From an uncultured delta proteobacterium (GTDB lineage: Bacteria; Myxococcota; Myxococcia; Myxococcales; Anaeromyxobacteraceae), in assembly GCA_963845515.1 (NCBI GenBank), contig CAWJSR010000022.1, forward strand, positions 13,900 through 77,899: a stretch of 64,000 bases of DNA. Reading direction: 5' to 3'. Below are positions 1 to 8,964 of this stretch, piece by piece. Under the pieces are notes generated by a model. The model had not been told where the DNA came from, searched no databases, and worked only from the letters and a program-made list of their open reading frames with translations. The translations under genes and the position numbers were made by a program. Each line of letters begins with the position of its first letter. The stretch's first letter is position 1.

Positions 1-33
1 GGCACCCGCGACGATCAACAGCGTGAGATCCAA
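1..33 (-). CDS. 5' end of a gene running off the window (hydrophobic N-terminus MDLTLLIVAGA), probably the next polysaccharide-locus membrane protein
   Basis: On the minus strand GGAG is followed 5 nt later by TTG at 33, then a hydrophobic frame open to the edge. Only 11 codons are visible. Confidence 0.35.
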   Translation of the reverse strand, partial: MDLTLLIVAGA

Positions 34-126
34 CGGTTCTCCTGGCTGTGCGCGTGATGCGCGATGGCCGATTGCCCCGGCGGCTGCAGGGCTGGTCTGC
101 CTGGGGTGCCCGCCGCTCTCCCTTCG

Positions 127-2326
127 TCAGGAAGCCTTGGCCTCTTCCTTGGGCGATCCGTAGTACCCGTACCGGTAGTACTGGTAGTACTGCCCGTACC
201 GCTGATCCTGAAGGTCGAGGTCGTTCAGCACCGCGCCGAAGATCTTCCCCTTCACGTCCAGGATCGACCGCACCGCCCGCACCGCGGCATCCCGCGACGT
301 CTGGCCCGCCTTCAGCACGACCAGCGTCCCGTCCACCTGCGTCGAGATGACGACGGCATCCGCCACCACCCCCGCCGGCGGCGAGTCGATGATGATGCGG
401 TCGAAGCGCTGCGCCATCGCCTGGAGCAGCTTGCTGAACCCCTCGGTGTGGAGCAGCTCGGCCGGATTGGGCGGGATCGGGCCGCACGTCAGGACGCTCG
501 AGGTTCGGGATCTGCGTCGGCCGGATCACCTGGTCGAGCTGCCCGTCTCCCACGATGAGCGACGAGAGGCCGACGTCGTTGGGGAACTCGAAGACCTTGT
601 GAAGCTGCGGCCGGCGCATGTCGGCGTCCACGATCAGCACGCGGGTCCCACCGTCGGCCATCACCTCGGCCAGCGCCGTCGCCGTCGTCGTCTTCCCCTC
701 GCCCGGGCTCGCCGAGGTGACGACGATCGTCTTGAGCGGCTTCTCGGGCGACATGAACAGCAGATTCGTCCGGATCGACCGGAGGCACTCGGCGGCGGCT
801 GACCGGGGATTGGCGTGGACGAAGAGGTCGCGCTCCTTGTCTCCCTTCGTCTGCTCGATCGACGGGATGATCCCCAGGAAGGCGAGCCCCAGCCGCTCCT
901 CCACCTGCTCGCGCGTGGTGATGGTCGTGTCGAGCATCTCCAGCAGGAAGGCGAGCCCGATGCCGCCGGCGAGCCCCAGCAGCATGGCCAGCGCCAGGTT
1001 GCGCGCTGGGCGTGGGTAGGCGGGGCGCTCCGGCGGCTCGGCGCGGTCCAGGATCCGGACGTTCGACATCTGCATCATGCCGGTGACGCTCGCGTCCTTG
1101 AGCCGCCCGAGCACCTGGTCGTAGAGCCGCTGGTTGTTGTCGTGCGCCCGCTTCAGCTCCAGGTAGGCCTGCTCGTACTGGTTGAGGCCGAAGGCGTCCG
1201 ACTTGGTCTCGTTCAGCAGCGCCAGCAGCTTCTTCTCGGTCTGGACCACCTCGTCGTAGGAGCGTCGGGCCCCCTGGAGGATGGTCTTCACCTCGCGGTG
1301 CAGCGCGCCGCGGGCCGTCGCGAGCCTCGCCTCGCAGGACTCCAGCTTGGGGTAGTCGGCCAGGTACTTCGCCCGCATGTCGGCGCACTCCACCTGCGCC
1401 CGCGCGTAGCCGACCTTCAGCTCCTGCACCGTCCGCGACTCGGCGACGATGGCGAAGGCCTCCGAGGCCGCCTCCCCCTTCTCCAGCGCCTCGCCCAGCG
1501 CCGCGATTTGCTCGCTCCGCGCCTCGAGCTGGGCCTTCTGGACGCGGGCGCTCGTGAGCGCCGCGTTGATGGCCACCAGCCGCTGCGTCACCATCCCCTG
1601 CCGGTCCTCCCAGGTGGTGGCGACGATGTCCTTCGACTTCTTGAACTCGAAGAGCTCCTTGCTGCTCTTCCCCAGCTTCTGCTCGAGGTCGCCTAGCTGC
1701 TGCTCCAGCCAGTCGGACGCTCCCTGCGTCGTGTTGGTCTTCACCGAGAGGTTCTCGGTGATGTAGGCCTCGGCCAGGCCGTTGGCGAGCGTCGCGGCCC
1801 ACTTCGGGTCGCGGTCCTCCACCTGGATCCGCGCGACGCGCGAGTCCTTCACCGGCAGGACCTTCACCCGCTCCTGCAGGACCGTGATCGGGTCGAGCTT
1901 CGAGATGGCCGCCTCGATCTTCCCCTGGTCCTTGAGGTGGTCGAGCCCGAGGAAGCGCGGGTCGCGCGCGAGCTGGAACTTCTCGATGACGCGCTGCGCG
2001 ACGGCGCGGCTCTGGATCACCTTGTACTGGGTCTCGTAGTACTCCTTCGAGTACCAGTAGCCGCCGGTGCCCGAGTCCACGACCTCCTTCACGTCCTCCT
2101 TGTCGAGGACGCGCGGGGCGTTCAGGTCGATGATGAGCGTCGCCGCCGCCGCGTAGATCTTCTGCTGGCGCAGCGTGAAGAGGAGCGTCAGCACCACCGC
2201 CGCCGCGAAGACCGCGCCGATGATCCAGCGCCGCCGGACGACGATGCGCCAGTACTCGCGCAGATCGATCTCGTCCCCGTCCGCGGCCGGTCGTGCCGTC
2301 GCTTCGCTCTCCTGGTTGGCTGGCAT
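127..2326 (-). CDS. wzc: Wzc-family polysaccharide co-polymerase / bacterial tyrosine autokinase (one frameshift near 499)
   Basis: Manual translation from ATG 2326 (AAGGA RBS) gives EIDLREYWRIVVRRRWII plus a TM helix, then Walker A SASPGEGKT, A' VLIVDADMRRP, B IIIDSPP and a C-terminal Tyr cluster YGQYYQYYRYGYYG. One extra base at ~499 joins IPNL to VLTCGPIPPNPAELL. Confidence 0.92.
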
Positions 2327-2379
2327 CGAGTCCTTGCGGTGACGGCGCGGGGTTGCCCCCGCTGCCCCCGAAACCGCCC

Positions 2380-2410
2380 GAGTCTAGGCGGATCCCGGAC
2401 GTGAGTCGAG
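2380..2410 (-). promoter_or_regulatory. Putative wzc promoter TCGACT-N17-TAGACT within a motif shared with the rfbF upstream region
   Basis: The minus strand reads CTCGACTCacgtccggGATCCGCCTAGACTC. A near-copy lies at 22051-22080. Confidence 0.55.
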
Positions 2411-2437
2411 AACGTGGGGTCCTGCGAAAGGGGGGGG

Positions 2438-2939
2438 CTACTGTCGCTCGCCGCGCCCCACGTCGAGCCGTCCACCTGCCGATGGACTCGCTGACGGAGC
2501 CCGGCTGCCCCGACTCCTGATCGATCAGGGCCAGGAACGCGCGCGGCGTCACGATACGGATCCGCTCGAACTGGCCGAGGGAGAGGAGGTCATCGTCGCC
2601 GGTGACGACGAAGTCCGCGCGCCCCTCCACGGCGGTGGAGAGGATCGCGTCGTCGTCGGGGTCTCGAACCGCGCCGGAGACGGCGCCCGTCACGTCCACC
2701 GGGGAAGAGACCGTGTCGATCATGGCGATCCGAAGGTCCAGCTCGTCGTCGCTCCCCTTGATGCGCTTGCGGACGGACGGATACCTCACGACCCGGCGCA
2801 GCTCCTCCAGGATCGGGGCCGACAGCACCAGCTCGAAGGCCTCGTCCTTCACGAGCCGGGTGAGGAGCAGGCCCGGCACGCTCGCGGGCTTCATGAGCGC
2901 GCTGACCAGGACGTTGGTGTCGACGACGACCCGGAGCAC
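2438..2939 (-). CDS. PIN-domain (PIN_3-like, VapC superfamily) putative toxin
   Basis: RVVVDTNVLVSA, ILEEL, RDPDDDAIL and VVTGDDDLL supply the acidic PIN motifs. No in-frame stop follows the domain. The probable true stop is an off-frame TAG at 2440-2438, so the end is inferred. Confidence 0.85.
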
Positions 2940-2942
2940 CGC

Positions 2943-3233
2943 CTACTTCCTGCGCCGCGAACGGCGAGCCTGGGCACGCGCCCAGCGCTGGGCTTCGAGC
3001 GCCAGCTCCATCGCCCCGTCGTCGGTCAGGTCGCTCTCCACCGGCGTCGTGAGGAACTCCAGCAGCCCCTTGCGGGCGACGCGGCGGAGCTGCTCGAGGC
3101 GCTCCACGGAGACCAGCGCTGCCATCGGCTTGCCCTTGCGCTCGATGACGAACTCGTCTCCACGGAGCGCGACCCGGTTCAGCAGGTCTCCGATCCGGAG
3201 GCGAACGTCGGCGGTCGAGATCTTCGTGGCCAT
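2943..3233 (-). CDS. Phd/YefM-family antitoxin
   Basis: MATKISTADVRLRIGDLLNRVALRGDEFVIERKGKPMAALV matches the Phd/YefM pattern. It has a GGAG RBS and ends 3 bp before the PIN gene. Confidence 0.88.
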   Translation of the reverse strand: MATKISTADVRLRIGDLLNRVALRGDEFVIERKGKPMAALVSVERLEQLRRVARKGLLEFLTTPVESDLTDDGAMELALEAQRWARAQARRSRRRK

Positions 3234-3246
3234 GGTGGCATCTCCA

Positions 3247-3281
3247 GCAACTACTATAGTTGCATGAGATGCACGGGGCAA
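3247..3281 (-). promoter_or_regulatory. Sigma70-type promoter TTGCCC-N17-TATAGT with overlapping operator palindrome GCAACTA-N3-TAGTTGC
   Basis: -35 at 3281-3276 and -10 at 3258-3253. A perfect 7-bp inverted repeat at 3247-3263 covers the -10 box. Confidence 0.75.
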
Positions 3282-3341
3282 GGTCACTTCAGGGCGTGGC
3301 TCGCCCTCGCGCGCCGCGCTCTCGCCCGCGCCGTGCGCGGC

Positions 3342-3911
3342 TCAGGACCTCGCCGCATCGCCCCGCGCGCGGGCGAGGAGGTCGCCGAGCGCGAGCCGGC
3401 CGGCCCACCCGTCCAGATACGAGGCGTCCAGCACCGTCCGCGACTGCCGAAGCACCTGGACCACGTCGCGCCACTGTCTATCCGAGACCTCGCCGCCGGC
3501 GCGGTACCACAGCAGCTTTCGCAGGACCGAGTCCTCGGGGCTCTTGATGAACAGGCTCTCCCCTGCGCGCACGTCGATGCGCCTCCGCCGGGCGAACTCC
3601 GCCTGATCGAAGGGGGCCTCCCTCAGGATGAACAGGTCGATCTTCGTGACCGCGGGCGCGTAGATGATGTTCCACGAGGTGCGATCGAGCGCCGCGCGCC
3701 GAAGCGCCTCCTCGTCCACGTCGAAGTCGGGCCCCAGCGCGGCGATGAATGGGCCGACCTGCTCCGGCGCCAGGTCCACCACCAGGTCGACGTCGTTCGT
3801 GGACCTCGGCTCGCCCTGGAAGGAGCTGGCGAGGGACCCGCCCAGGAAGTACGCGACGCCCGCGCTCTCCAGCGCCCGGGTCACGAGGAGCGTGACTTCG
3901 ACCACGTCCAC
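3342..3911 (-). CDS. MenT1/AbiEii-superfamily nucleotidyltransferase, putative toxin
   Basis: LGGSLASSFQGEPRSTNDVDLVV (GG...R.T.DxD motif), KIDLF and PEDSVLRKL...RQWRDV. Confidence 0.75.
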   Translation of the reverse strand: MDVVEVTLLVTRALESAGVAYFLGGSLASSFQGEPRSTNDVDLVVDLAPEQVGPFIAALGPDFDVDEEALRRAALDRTSWNIIYAPAVTKIDLFILREAPFDQAEFARRRRIDVRAGESLFIKSPEDSVLRKLLWYRAGGEVSDRQWRDVVQVLRQSRTVLDASYLDGWAGRLALGDLLARARGDAARS

Positions 3912-3920
3912 GTCGACCTC

Positions 3921-4169
3921 TCAGGGCACGTCGTCGGGCACGCTGCCGAAGAGCCGCGCGGCCGCCGCGCGGCCATAGAGCAGGGCGGCGAGCCGGCAAC
4001 GGATCTCCCCGTCGTCAGCGCCGGGATGGCGGCTCCGAAGGCCGGCCTCCGCCATCGCGCGGGTGCCCTGCGTGAGCTGGGCGGCGATCTCGAGCTTTCG
4101 GGCGCCCGAGAGCGCGCCGAGCATCGCGTCGTACCTGGCTGCCACCGCGGGGGCCGTGTCGCGCTCCAT
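3921..4169 (-). CDS. Small helical protein (82 aa), MenA1-like putative antitoxin
   Basis: ARKLEIAAQLTQGTRAMAEAGLRSRHPGADDGEIRCRL. It lies 9 bp upstream of the NTase gene and has a leaderless-type promoter. Confidence 0.65.
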   Translation of the reverse strand: MERDTAPAVAARYDAMLGALSGARKLEIAAQLTQGTRAMAEAGLRSRHPGADDGEIRCRLAALLYGRAAAARLFGSVPDDVP

Positions 4170-4176
4170 GGGCGTC

Positions 4177-4205
4177 AGGATAGACGCCGCAGGGAGCAGG
4201 AACAA
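4177..4205 (-). promoter_or_regulatory. Leaderless-type promoter TTGTTC-N17-TATCCT, 7 nt before ATG 4169
   Basis: -35 at 4205-4200 and -10 at 4182-4177. There is no Shine-Dalgarno between the -10 and the ATG. Confidence 0.6.
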
Positions 4206-4232
4206 CCGGTGGCGCAGGGGGCGGCGACCGGA

Positions 4233-4943
4233 TCACTTCACGACGTAGCTCGCCCCGCGCGTATTTCCGCGCTTCACGAGGAAGGGGGCGTCGCGCAGGT
4301 CGCGCTGCGCCTGGCGGCGCGAGACGGTGCCGCGGAGCGCCTCGAGGTACTCGGCGAGGCTGACGCTCCCCCTCCGCTCCGCGAGCCGGCGCAGGAGGTT
4401 GCGCCGCTCGTTCCGCTCCAGGGTCCCCCGCGCCGGGCTGCCCAGCTCCTTCGCGAAGGGCGCCTCGCGCGCGAGGTAACCCCACCGCTTGTACTCCGAG
4501 AGCGACTCCTCCGCGTCGCGGCGCGCCAGGGCCCCACCGAAAGCTCGCGTCCCCATGAAGAAGCGCTCGCCCCGCGCCGGGACGATGGCCGCGGTCACGA
4601 AGCGCGAGTAGTCGTCCAGCTCCGCCGACGGCGCCGCCTGCCGGGCGAACTCCAGCGCCACGGCAAGCGCCGCCGGCCAGCGCGCGCGCAGGGCGGCACG
4701 GCGCAGGGAGAGCGGGTTGAAGCGCTCGTAGGACCGGGCGAGCAGCTCGACCACGACCCAGAGGAGCCGGGGATCGTGGCGGGCCGCCTGCGCCGCCAGG
4801 ACCACCAGCTCCTCGGGCGACGGGGAGCCGTGGCGCCAGGGGTACCGGCGCCCCTCGGCTCGCGCGCCCGCCCGGGCGAGCTCGTGGTAGAGCCTGGCCA
4901 GCTCACGCTCGTCGCGAGGGACGTCGTCGAGGCGGGCTGTCAT
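4233..4943 (-). CDS. Hypothetical protein with C-terminal winged-helix-like domain, partner of the upstream nucleotidyltransferase
   Basis: The C-terminus LRRLAERRGSVSLAEYLEALRGTVSRRQAQRDL...LVKRGNTRGASY looks like a wHTH. It has an ATGA overlap with the upstream gene. Confidence 0.65.
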   Translation of the reverse strand: MTARLDDVPRDERELARLYHELARAGARAEGRRYPWRHGSPSPEELVVLAAQAARHDPRLLWVVVELLARSYERFNPLSLRRAALRARWPAALAVALEFARQAAPSAELDDYSRFVTAAIVPARGERFFMGTRAFGGALARRDAEESLSEYKRWGYLAREAPFAKELGSPARGTLERNERRNLLRRLAERRGSVSLAEYLEALRGTVSRRQAQRDLRDAPFLVKRGNTRGASYVVK

Positions 4944-5473
4944 TCGGAGCCCTGGATGTCATCGAAGAAGTCGAGCGCGTCCTGCGCCCCGCGGATCCCC
5001 CTCTCCGCCAGCTCCTGGATCCTCCGCTCGACGAGCCCGAGGTCCGGGGCGCGCTTCAGGAGCGCGCGCGCGTGCCCCACGTCCTTCTCCCGCCCGGCGA
5101 AGCACTTCATCACCAGCAGGTCCTCGACCCCCAGCGCCATGACCCTGAGCCGCTCCCCCTCGTGGATGGGGCGCAGCCGCGTGCCGTAGTCGGGCGGGAG
5201 GACGAAGGCGAAGGTCTCGAAGTGGGGATTGATCCAGTCGGGGGCGAGCCCGTGCTCGCGGGCGACCGCGCGGATGGCCGGCTGGATCTCCTCCAGCCTG
5301 GCCTCCCGGGGGTAGGCGTCCACGTCGGTCGTCCGGACCGGGAGCCTGTAGGCCAGGAGCATGGCCGTGCCGCCCCCCACGATCAGGGTGATCGGGCGAT
5401 CGAGGGCGCGGTCGAGCGCGGCGAAGGCCAGACGGAGCTGGCCGACCTCGAGGGGGGGGTATCCGGTGGTCAT
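4940..5473 (-). CDS. DUF6036/AbiEii-like nucleotidyltransferase
   Basis: LIVGGGTAMLLAY...RTTDVDA, WINP and EDLLVMKCFAGREKD. Confidence 0.75.
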   Translation of the reverse strand: MTTGYPPLEVGQLRLAFAALDRALDRPITLIVGGGTAMLLAYRLPVRTTDVDAYPREARLEEIQPAIRAVAREHGLAPDWINPHFETFAFVLPPDYGTRLRPIHEGERLRVMALGVEDLLVMKCFAGREKDVGHARALLKRAPDLGLVERRIQELAERGIRGAQDALDFFDDIQGSE

Positions 5474-5511
5474 TGCGCCTTTATAATGCCATGGGCTTCA
5501 TATGGCGCAAT
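5472..5511 (-). promoter_or_regulatory. Promoter/operator: inverted repeat ATTGCGCC...GGCGCAAT enclosing a TATAAA -10 box 6 nt before the ATG
   Basis: Arms at 5472-5479 and 5504-5511 in an AT-rich patch. One arm overlaps the start codon and the other overlaps a TTGCGC -35-like hexamer (19-nt spacer). Confidence 0.55.
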
Positions 5512-5525
5512 AGCTCGTCTCCCGG

Positions 5526-6419
5526 CTATCCCCTGCTCGCCATCTCCTCGAAGAACCGGTCCAGGGCGGCCTCGAGCGGAAGCGGGGCGTGCTTCAGCAG
5601 CCGCGTCGCGCGCTCCACCCTCAACCCGCCCTTCAGGGGGCGCGGCGCGAGGAGCTTCACGTCGGACGTCCTCACCGGGACGATCTCGCCAACCAGCCCG
5701 AACCGGCCCGCAACCCGCCGGGCGAACTCCACCCGGTCGAGGACCGTCGCGTCGCTCGTGTGCAGCACGCCCCGGTAGTCCTGCTCCAGCAGCAGCTCGA
5801 GGCACATGGCCGCGCCGTTCGCGGCGAGCGTGGTGGAGACGAGCTGATCGCTGAACGCCCTCACGGGCTCGCCGCGCGAGAGCTTCTCGACCACCTGCGT
5901 CGCGAACGTGCTCCGCGCCCCCGCCCGGCCGCCGTAGACGACGGCGACCCGCGCGACGGCGCAGTCGTCAGCGAGGAGCAGCGCCGCCTCCTCGCCGCAG
6001 CGCTTCGTCCGGGCATAGACACCCTGCGGGTTCGGCAGGTCCTCCTCGGCGTACGGGCCATCCCTCCCGTCGAAGACGTAGTCGGTCGAGACCGCCACGA
6101 GCCGGGCACCGAGCGCGGCGCACGCGCGCGCGACCTGCTCCGTCCCGCCGACGTTGACGCGCCAGGCGAGGGACGCGGCGCGCTCGCAGCCATCCACGTC
6201 GGTGAGGGCGCCGGCGTGCAGCACGGCCTCCGCCCGGAACTCCAGCAGCGCCGCCTCGACCGAGCGGCCGTCGCCCAGATCCGCGTCCACCCACCGATAC
6301 GGGCCCGGCGGCAGCCGGCAAGGGCCGCGGCCGAGCGCGAGGAGCTCGTGGCGGCCGGCGAGCTGCGCCACCGCCTCTCCCCCCAGGAGGCCATTGGCCC
6401 CGGTGACCGCGACCCGCAT
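5526..6419 (-). CDS. rmlD: dTDP-4-dehydrorhamnose reductase
   Basis: MRVAVTGANGLLG, STDYVFDG and YARTK. Last gene of the rmlACBD operon, overlapping the rmlB stop. Confidence 0.9.
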   Translation of the reverse strand: MRVAVTGANGLLGGEAVAQLAGRHELLALGRGPCRLPPGPYRWVDADLGDGRSVEAALLEFRAEAVLHAGALTDVDGCERAASLAWRVNVGGTEQVARACAALGARLVAVSTDYVFDGRDGPYAEEDLPNPQGVYARTKRCGEEAALLLADDCAVARVAVVYGGRAGARSTFATQVVEKLSRGEPVRAFSDQLVSTTLAANGAAMCLELLLEQDYRGVLHTSDATVLDRVEFARRVAGRFGLVGEIVPVRTSDVKLLAPRPLKGGLRVERATRLLKHAPLPLEAALDRFFEEMASRG

Positions 6420-7429
6420 CACCGCGCCCCGTACTGCCGCTCGTAGTACTTCAGGTACTCGCCGGAGATGATCCGCTCCCACCACGCCCTGCGCTCGAGG
6501 TACCAGCGCACCGTCGCGGCCAGCGCGTCCTCGAACTGGTGCCGTGGCCTCCAGCCCAGCTCCGCGGCCGCCTTCGTCGCGTCGATCGCGTAGCGGCGGT
6601 CGTGGCCGGGGCGGTCCTTCACGTACTGGACGAGCTCCTCGGTCTTCCCCACCAGCCGCAGCACCTGCTTGACGATGTCGATGTTGCGCCGCTCGCTGGA
6701 CGCGCCGAGGTTGTAGACCTGCCCCGCCTGGCCATGCTCCAGCGCCGCGAGCAGCCCGCGGCCGTGATCCTCGACGTGGATCCAGTCGCGGACGTTCATG
6801 CCGTCGCCGTAGACCGGCAGCGGGAGGTCGCGGACGGCGTTCGCGATCATCAGCGGGATGAGCTTCTCCGGGAACTGGTACGGCCCGTAGTTGTTCGAGC
6901 AGCGCGTCACCACCACCGGGAGCCCGAACGTGTGGTGGTACGCGAGCGCCAGGAGATCGCTCGCGGCCTTCGAGGCCGAGTACGGCGACGACGGCTCCAG
7001 CGGCGTCCTCTCGGTGAAGAGCCCGGTCGGACCCAGCGACCCGTAGACCTCGTCGGTCGAGACCTGCAGGAACCTCTTCGCGCCGAACTCGCGCGCCGCC
7101 TCCAGCAGGACCTGCGTCCCGCGCACGTTGGTCTCGATGAAGATCGACGGCGCCAGGATCGACCGGTCGACGTGGCTCTCCGCCGCGAGGTGCATCACCG
7201 CGTCGATCTCCTCGCCGCGGAAGAGCTCCGCGACGAGCCCCCCGTCGCAGATGTCGCCGCGGACGAAGCGGTAGCGCGGGCTCCCCTCCAGGTCGGCGAG
7301 GTTCTCCGCGTTCCCGGCGTAGGTGAGCTTGTCGAGGTTGACGATGCGCCAGTCGGGCCGCTCCGCCAGCAGGAGCCGCACGAGGTTCGAGCCGATGAAG
7401 CCGGCGCCGCCGGTCACGAGGACGTTCAT
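6419..7429 (-). CDS. rmlB: dTDP-glucose 4,6-dehydratase
   Basis: VTGGAGFIGSN, HLAAESHVDRSI, STDEVYG, YSASKA and DRPGHDRRY. Confidence 0.97.
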   Translation of the reverse strand: MNVLVTGGAGFIGSNLVRLLLAERPDWRIVNLDKLTYAGNAENLADLEGSPRYRFVRGDICDGGLVAELFRGEEIDAVMHLAAESHVDRSILAPSIFIETNVRGTQVLLEAAREFGAKRFLQVSTDEVYGSLGPTGLFTERTPLEPSSPYSASKAASDLLALAYHHTFGLPVVVTRCSNNYGPYQFPEKLIPLMIANAVRDLPLPVYGDGMNVRDWIHVEDHGRGLLAALEHGQAGQVYNLGASSERRNIDIVKQVLRLVGKTEELVQYVKDRPGHDRRYAIDATKAAAELGWRPRHQFEDALAATVRWYLERRAWWERIISGEYLKYYERQYGAR

Positions 7430-7992
7430 CTCGGGAGCCCGGTGCGCTCGAACACCTGCGCCTCGTGGAGCGCGCAGCCCCTCGCGTCCTTGTCCGAGAC
7501 GATCGGCGGCAGCCCGCGCGCCGGCCAGGCGATCGCGAGCGCAGGGTCGTCCCAGCGGATGCAGCGCTCGTGCTCGGGGTGGTAGTAGTCGGTCGCCTTG
7601 TAGAGGAACTCCGCCTCGGCGGAGAGCACGAGGAAGCCGTGGGCGAACCCCTCCGGGAGCCAGAGCTGCCGCTTGTTCTCGGCGGACAGCGTCTCTCCGA
7701 CCCAGCGACCGAACGTGGGGGAGCCGCGCCGGAGGTCCACCGCCACGTCGAAGACCTCGCCGCGGACCACCCGCACGAGCTTCCCCTGCGGGCTCGGCAG
7801 CTGGTAGTGCAGGCCGCGCAGCACGCCCTTCGCGGAGAGGCTGTGGTTGTCCTGCACGAACTGGACTGACCGCCCCGCCGCGGCCTCGAAGTGGCGCTGG
7901 TTGAAGCTCTCGAAGAAGAAGCCGCGCGCGTCGCCGAAGACCCTCGGCTCGACGACGACGACGTCGGGGATGGCGGTGGGCCGGGTCTTCAT
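7426..7992 (-). CDS. rmlC: dTDP-4-dehydrorhamnose 3,5-epimerase
   Basis: FGDARGFFFE, QDNHSLS, LRGLHYQ and GFAHGF. The start was trimmed to ATG 7992. Confidence 0.96.
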   Translation of the reverse strand: MKTRPTAIPDVVVVEPRVFGDARGFFFESFNQRHFEAAAGRSVQFVQDNHSLSAKGVLRGLHYQLPSPQGKLVRVVRGEVFDVAVDLRRGSPTFGRWVGETLSAENKRQLWLPEGFAHGFLVLSAEAEFLYKATDYYHPEHERCIRWDDPALAIAWPARGLPPIVSDKDARGCALHEAQVFERTGLPR

Positions 7993-8879
7993 CAGTAGAC
8001 CCGGCTCCGCAGCAGGCCGCTCACGAAGTCGCCGTAGGTCGACTTCCCGAGGGCCGCGGCGCAGCGCTCGAGCTGGGCGTCGTCGATCCAGCCCTGCCGC
8101 CAGGCCACCTCCTCGGGGCACGCGATCTTGAGCCCCTGTCGCTTCTCGATCGTGGAGATGAACTGGCCAGCGTCGAGGAGCGAGTCGTGCGTGCCGGTGT
8201 CGAGCCAGGCGTAGCCGCGCCCCATGATCTCGACGCTGAGCCGGTTCTTCTCGAGGTAGAGCCGGTTCAGGTCGGTGATCTCCAGCTCGCCCCTCGCCGA
8301 CGGCCGCACCGACCGCGCCAGCTCCACGACCTCCTCGTCGTAGAAGTAGAGCCCCGTCACGGCGTACCGCGACTTCGGCTTCGCCGGCTTCTCCTCCAGG
8401 CTCACCGCCCGCCGCTCCCCGTCGAACTCCACCACGCCGTAGCGCTCGGGGTCGTTCACCGCGTAGGCGAAGACCGTGGCGCCGCTCGTTCGCGCGCTGG
8501 CGTCACGCAGGAGCTCCTGGAAGTCGTGGCCGTAGAAGATGTTGTCGCCCAGGACGAGGGAGGAGGGGCCGCCCTTCACGAAGTCGGCCCCGAGGATGAA
8601 GGCCTGCGCGAGCCCGTCCGGGCTCGGCTGCACCCTGTACTCGAAGCGCATGCCCCACGGCTTCCCATCCCCGAGGAGCTGCTCGAAGCGGGGGGTGTCC
8701 TGCGGCGTCGAGATGATCAGGACCTCCCGGATCCCGGCGAGCATCAGCACCGAGAGCGGGTAGTAGATCATCGGCTTGTCATAGACGGGGAGCAGCTGCT
8801 TCGACACCGACAGCGTGGCGGGGTAGAGCCGCGTCCCCGCGCCGCCGGCCAGGATGATGCCTCTTCGAGCGTTCGCCAT
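7992..8879 (-). CDS. rmlA: Glucose-1-phosphate thymidylyltransferase
   Basis: [39 protein letters not shown] and WLDTGT. Confidence 0.97.
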   Translation of the reverse strand: MANARRGIILAGGAGTRLYPATLSVSKQLLPVYDKPMIYYPLSVLMLAGIREVLIISTPQDTPRFEQLLGDGKPWGMRFEYRVQPSPDGLAQAFILGADFVKGGPSSLVLGDNIFYGHDFQELLRDASARTSGATVFAYAVNDPERYGVVEFDGERRAVSLEEKPAKPKSRYAVTGLYFYDEEVVELARSVRPSARGELEITDLNRLYLEKNRLSVEIMGRGYAWLDTGTHDSLLDAGQFISTIEKRQGLKIACPEEVAWRQGWIDDAQLERCAAALGKSTYGDFVSGLLRSRVY

Positions 8880-8964
8880 GGCTGTGCCACCGAACGTACC
8901 TCCGATCGGTCCGGACCGGAGACTGGCCACCTGGCCGGGCCCCATCCGGTGCTAGCATCGCCCC

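Noticed and set aside
489..2939. 816-aa 'PIN fusion' ORF
   Set aside because: Only the first ~160 aa are PIN. The remainder is the wrong frame of wzc.
2438..5511. TA cluster as a prophage or IS remnant
   Set aside because: No transposase, integrase, terminal inverted repeats, target-site duplication or phage genes were seen.
8907..8918. 12-bp perfect palindrome CGGTCCGGACCG between rmlA and the ligase gene
   Set aside because: It is very GC-rich, single-copy and has no candidate regulator nearby, so it is not distinguishable from background.
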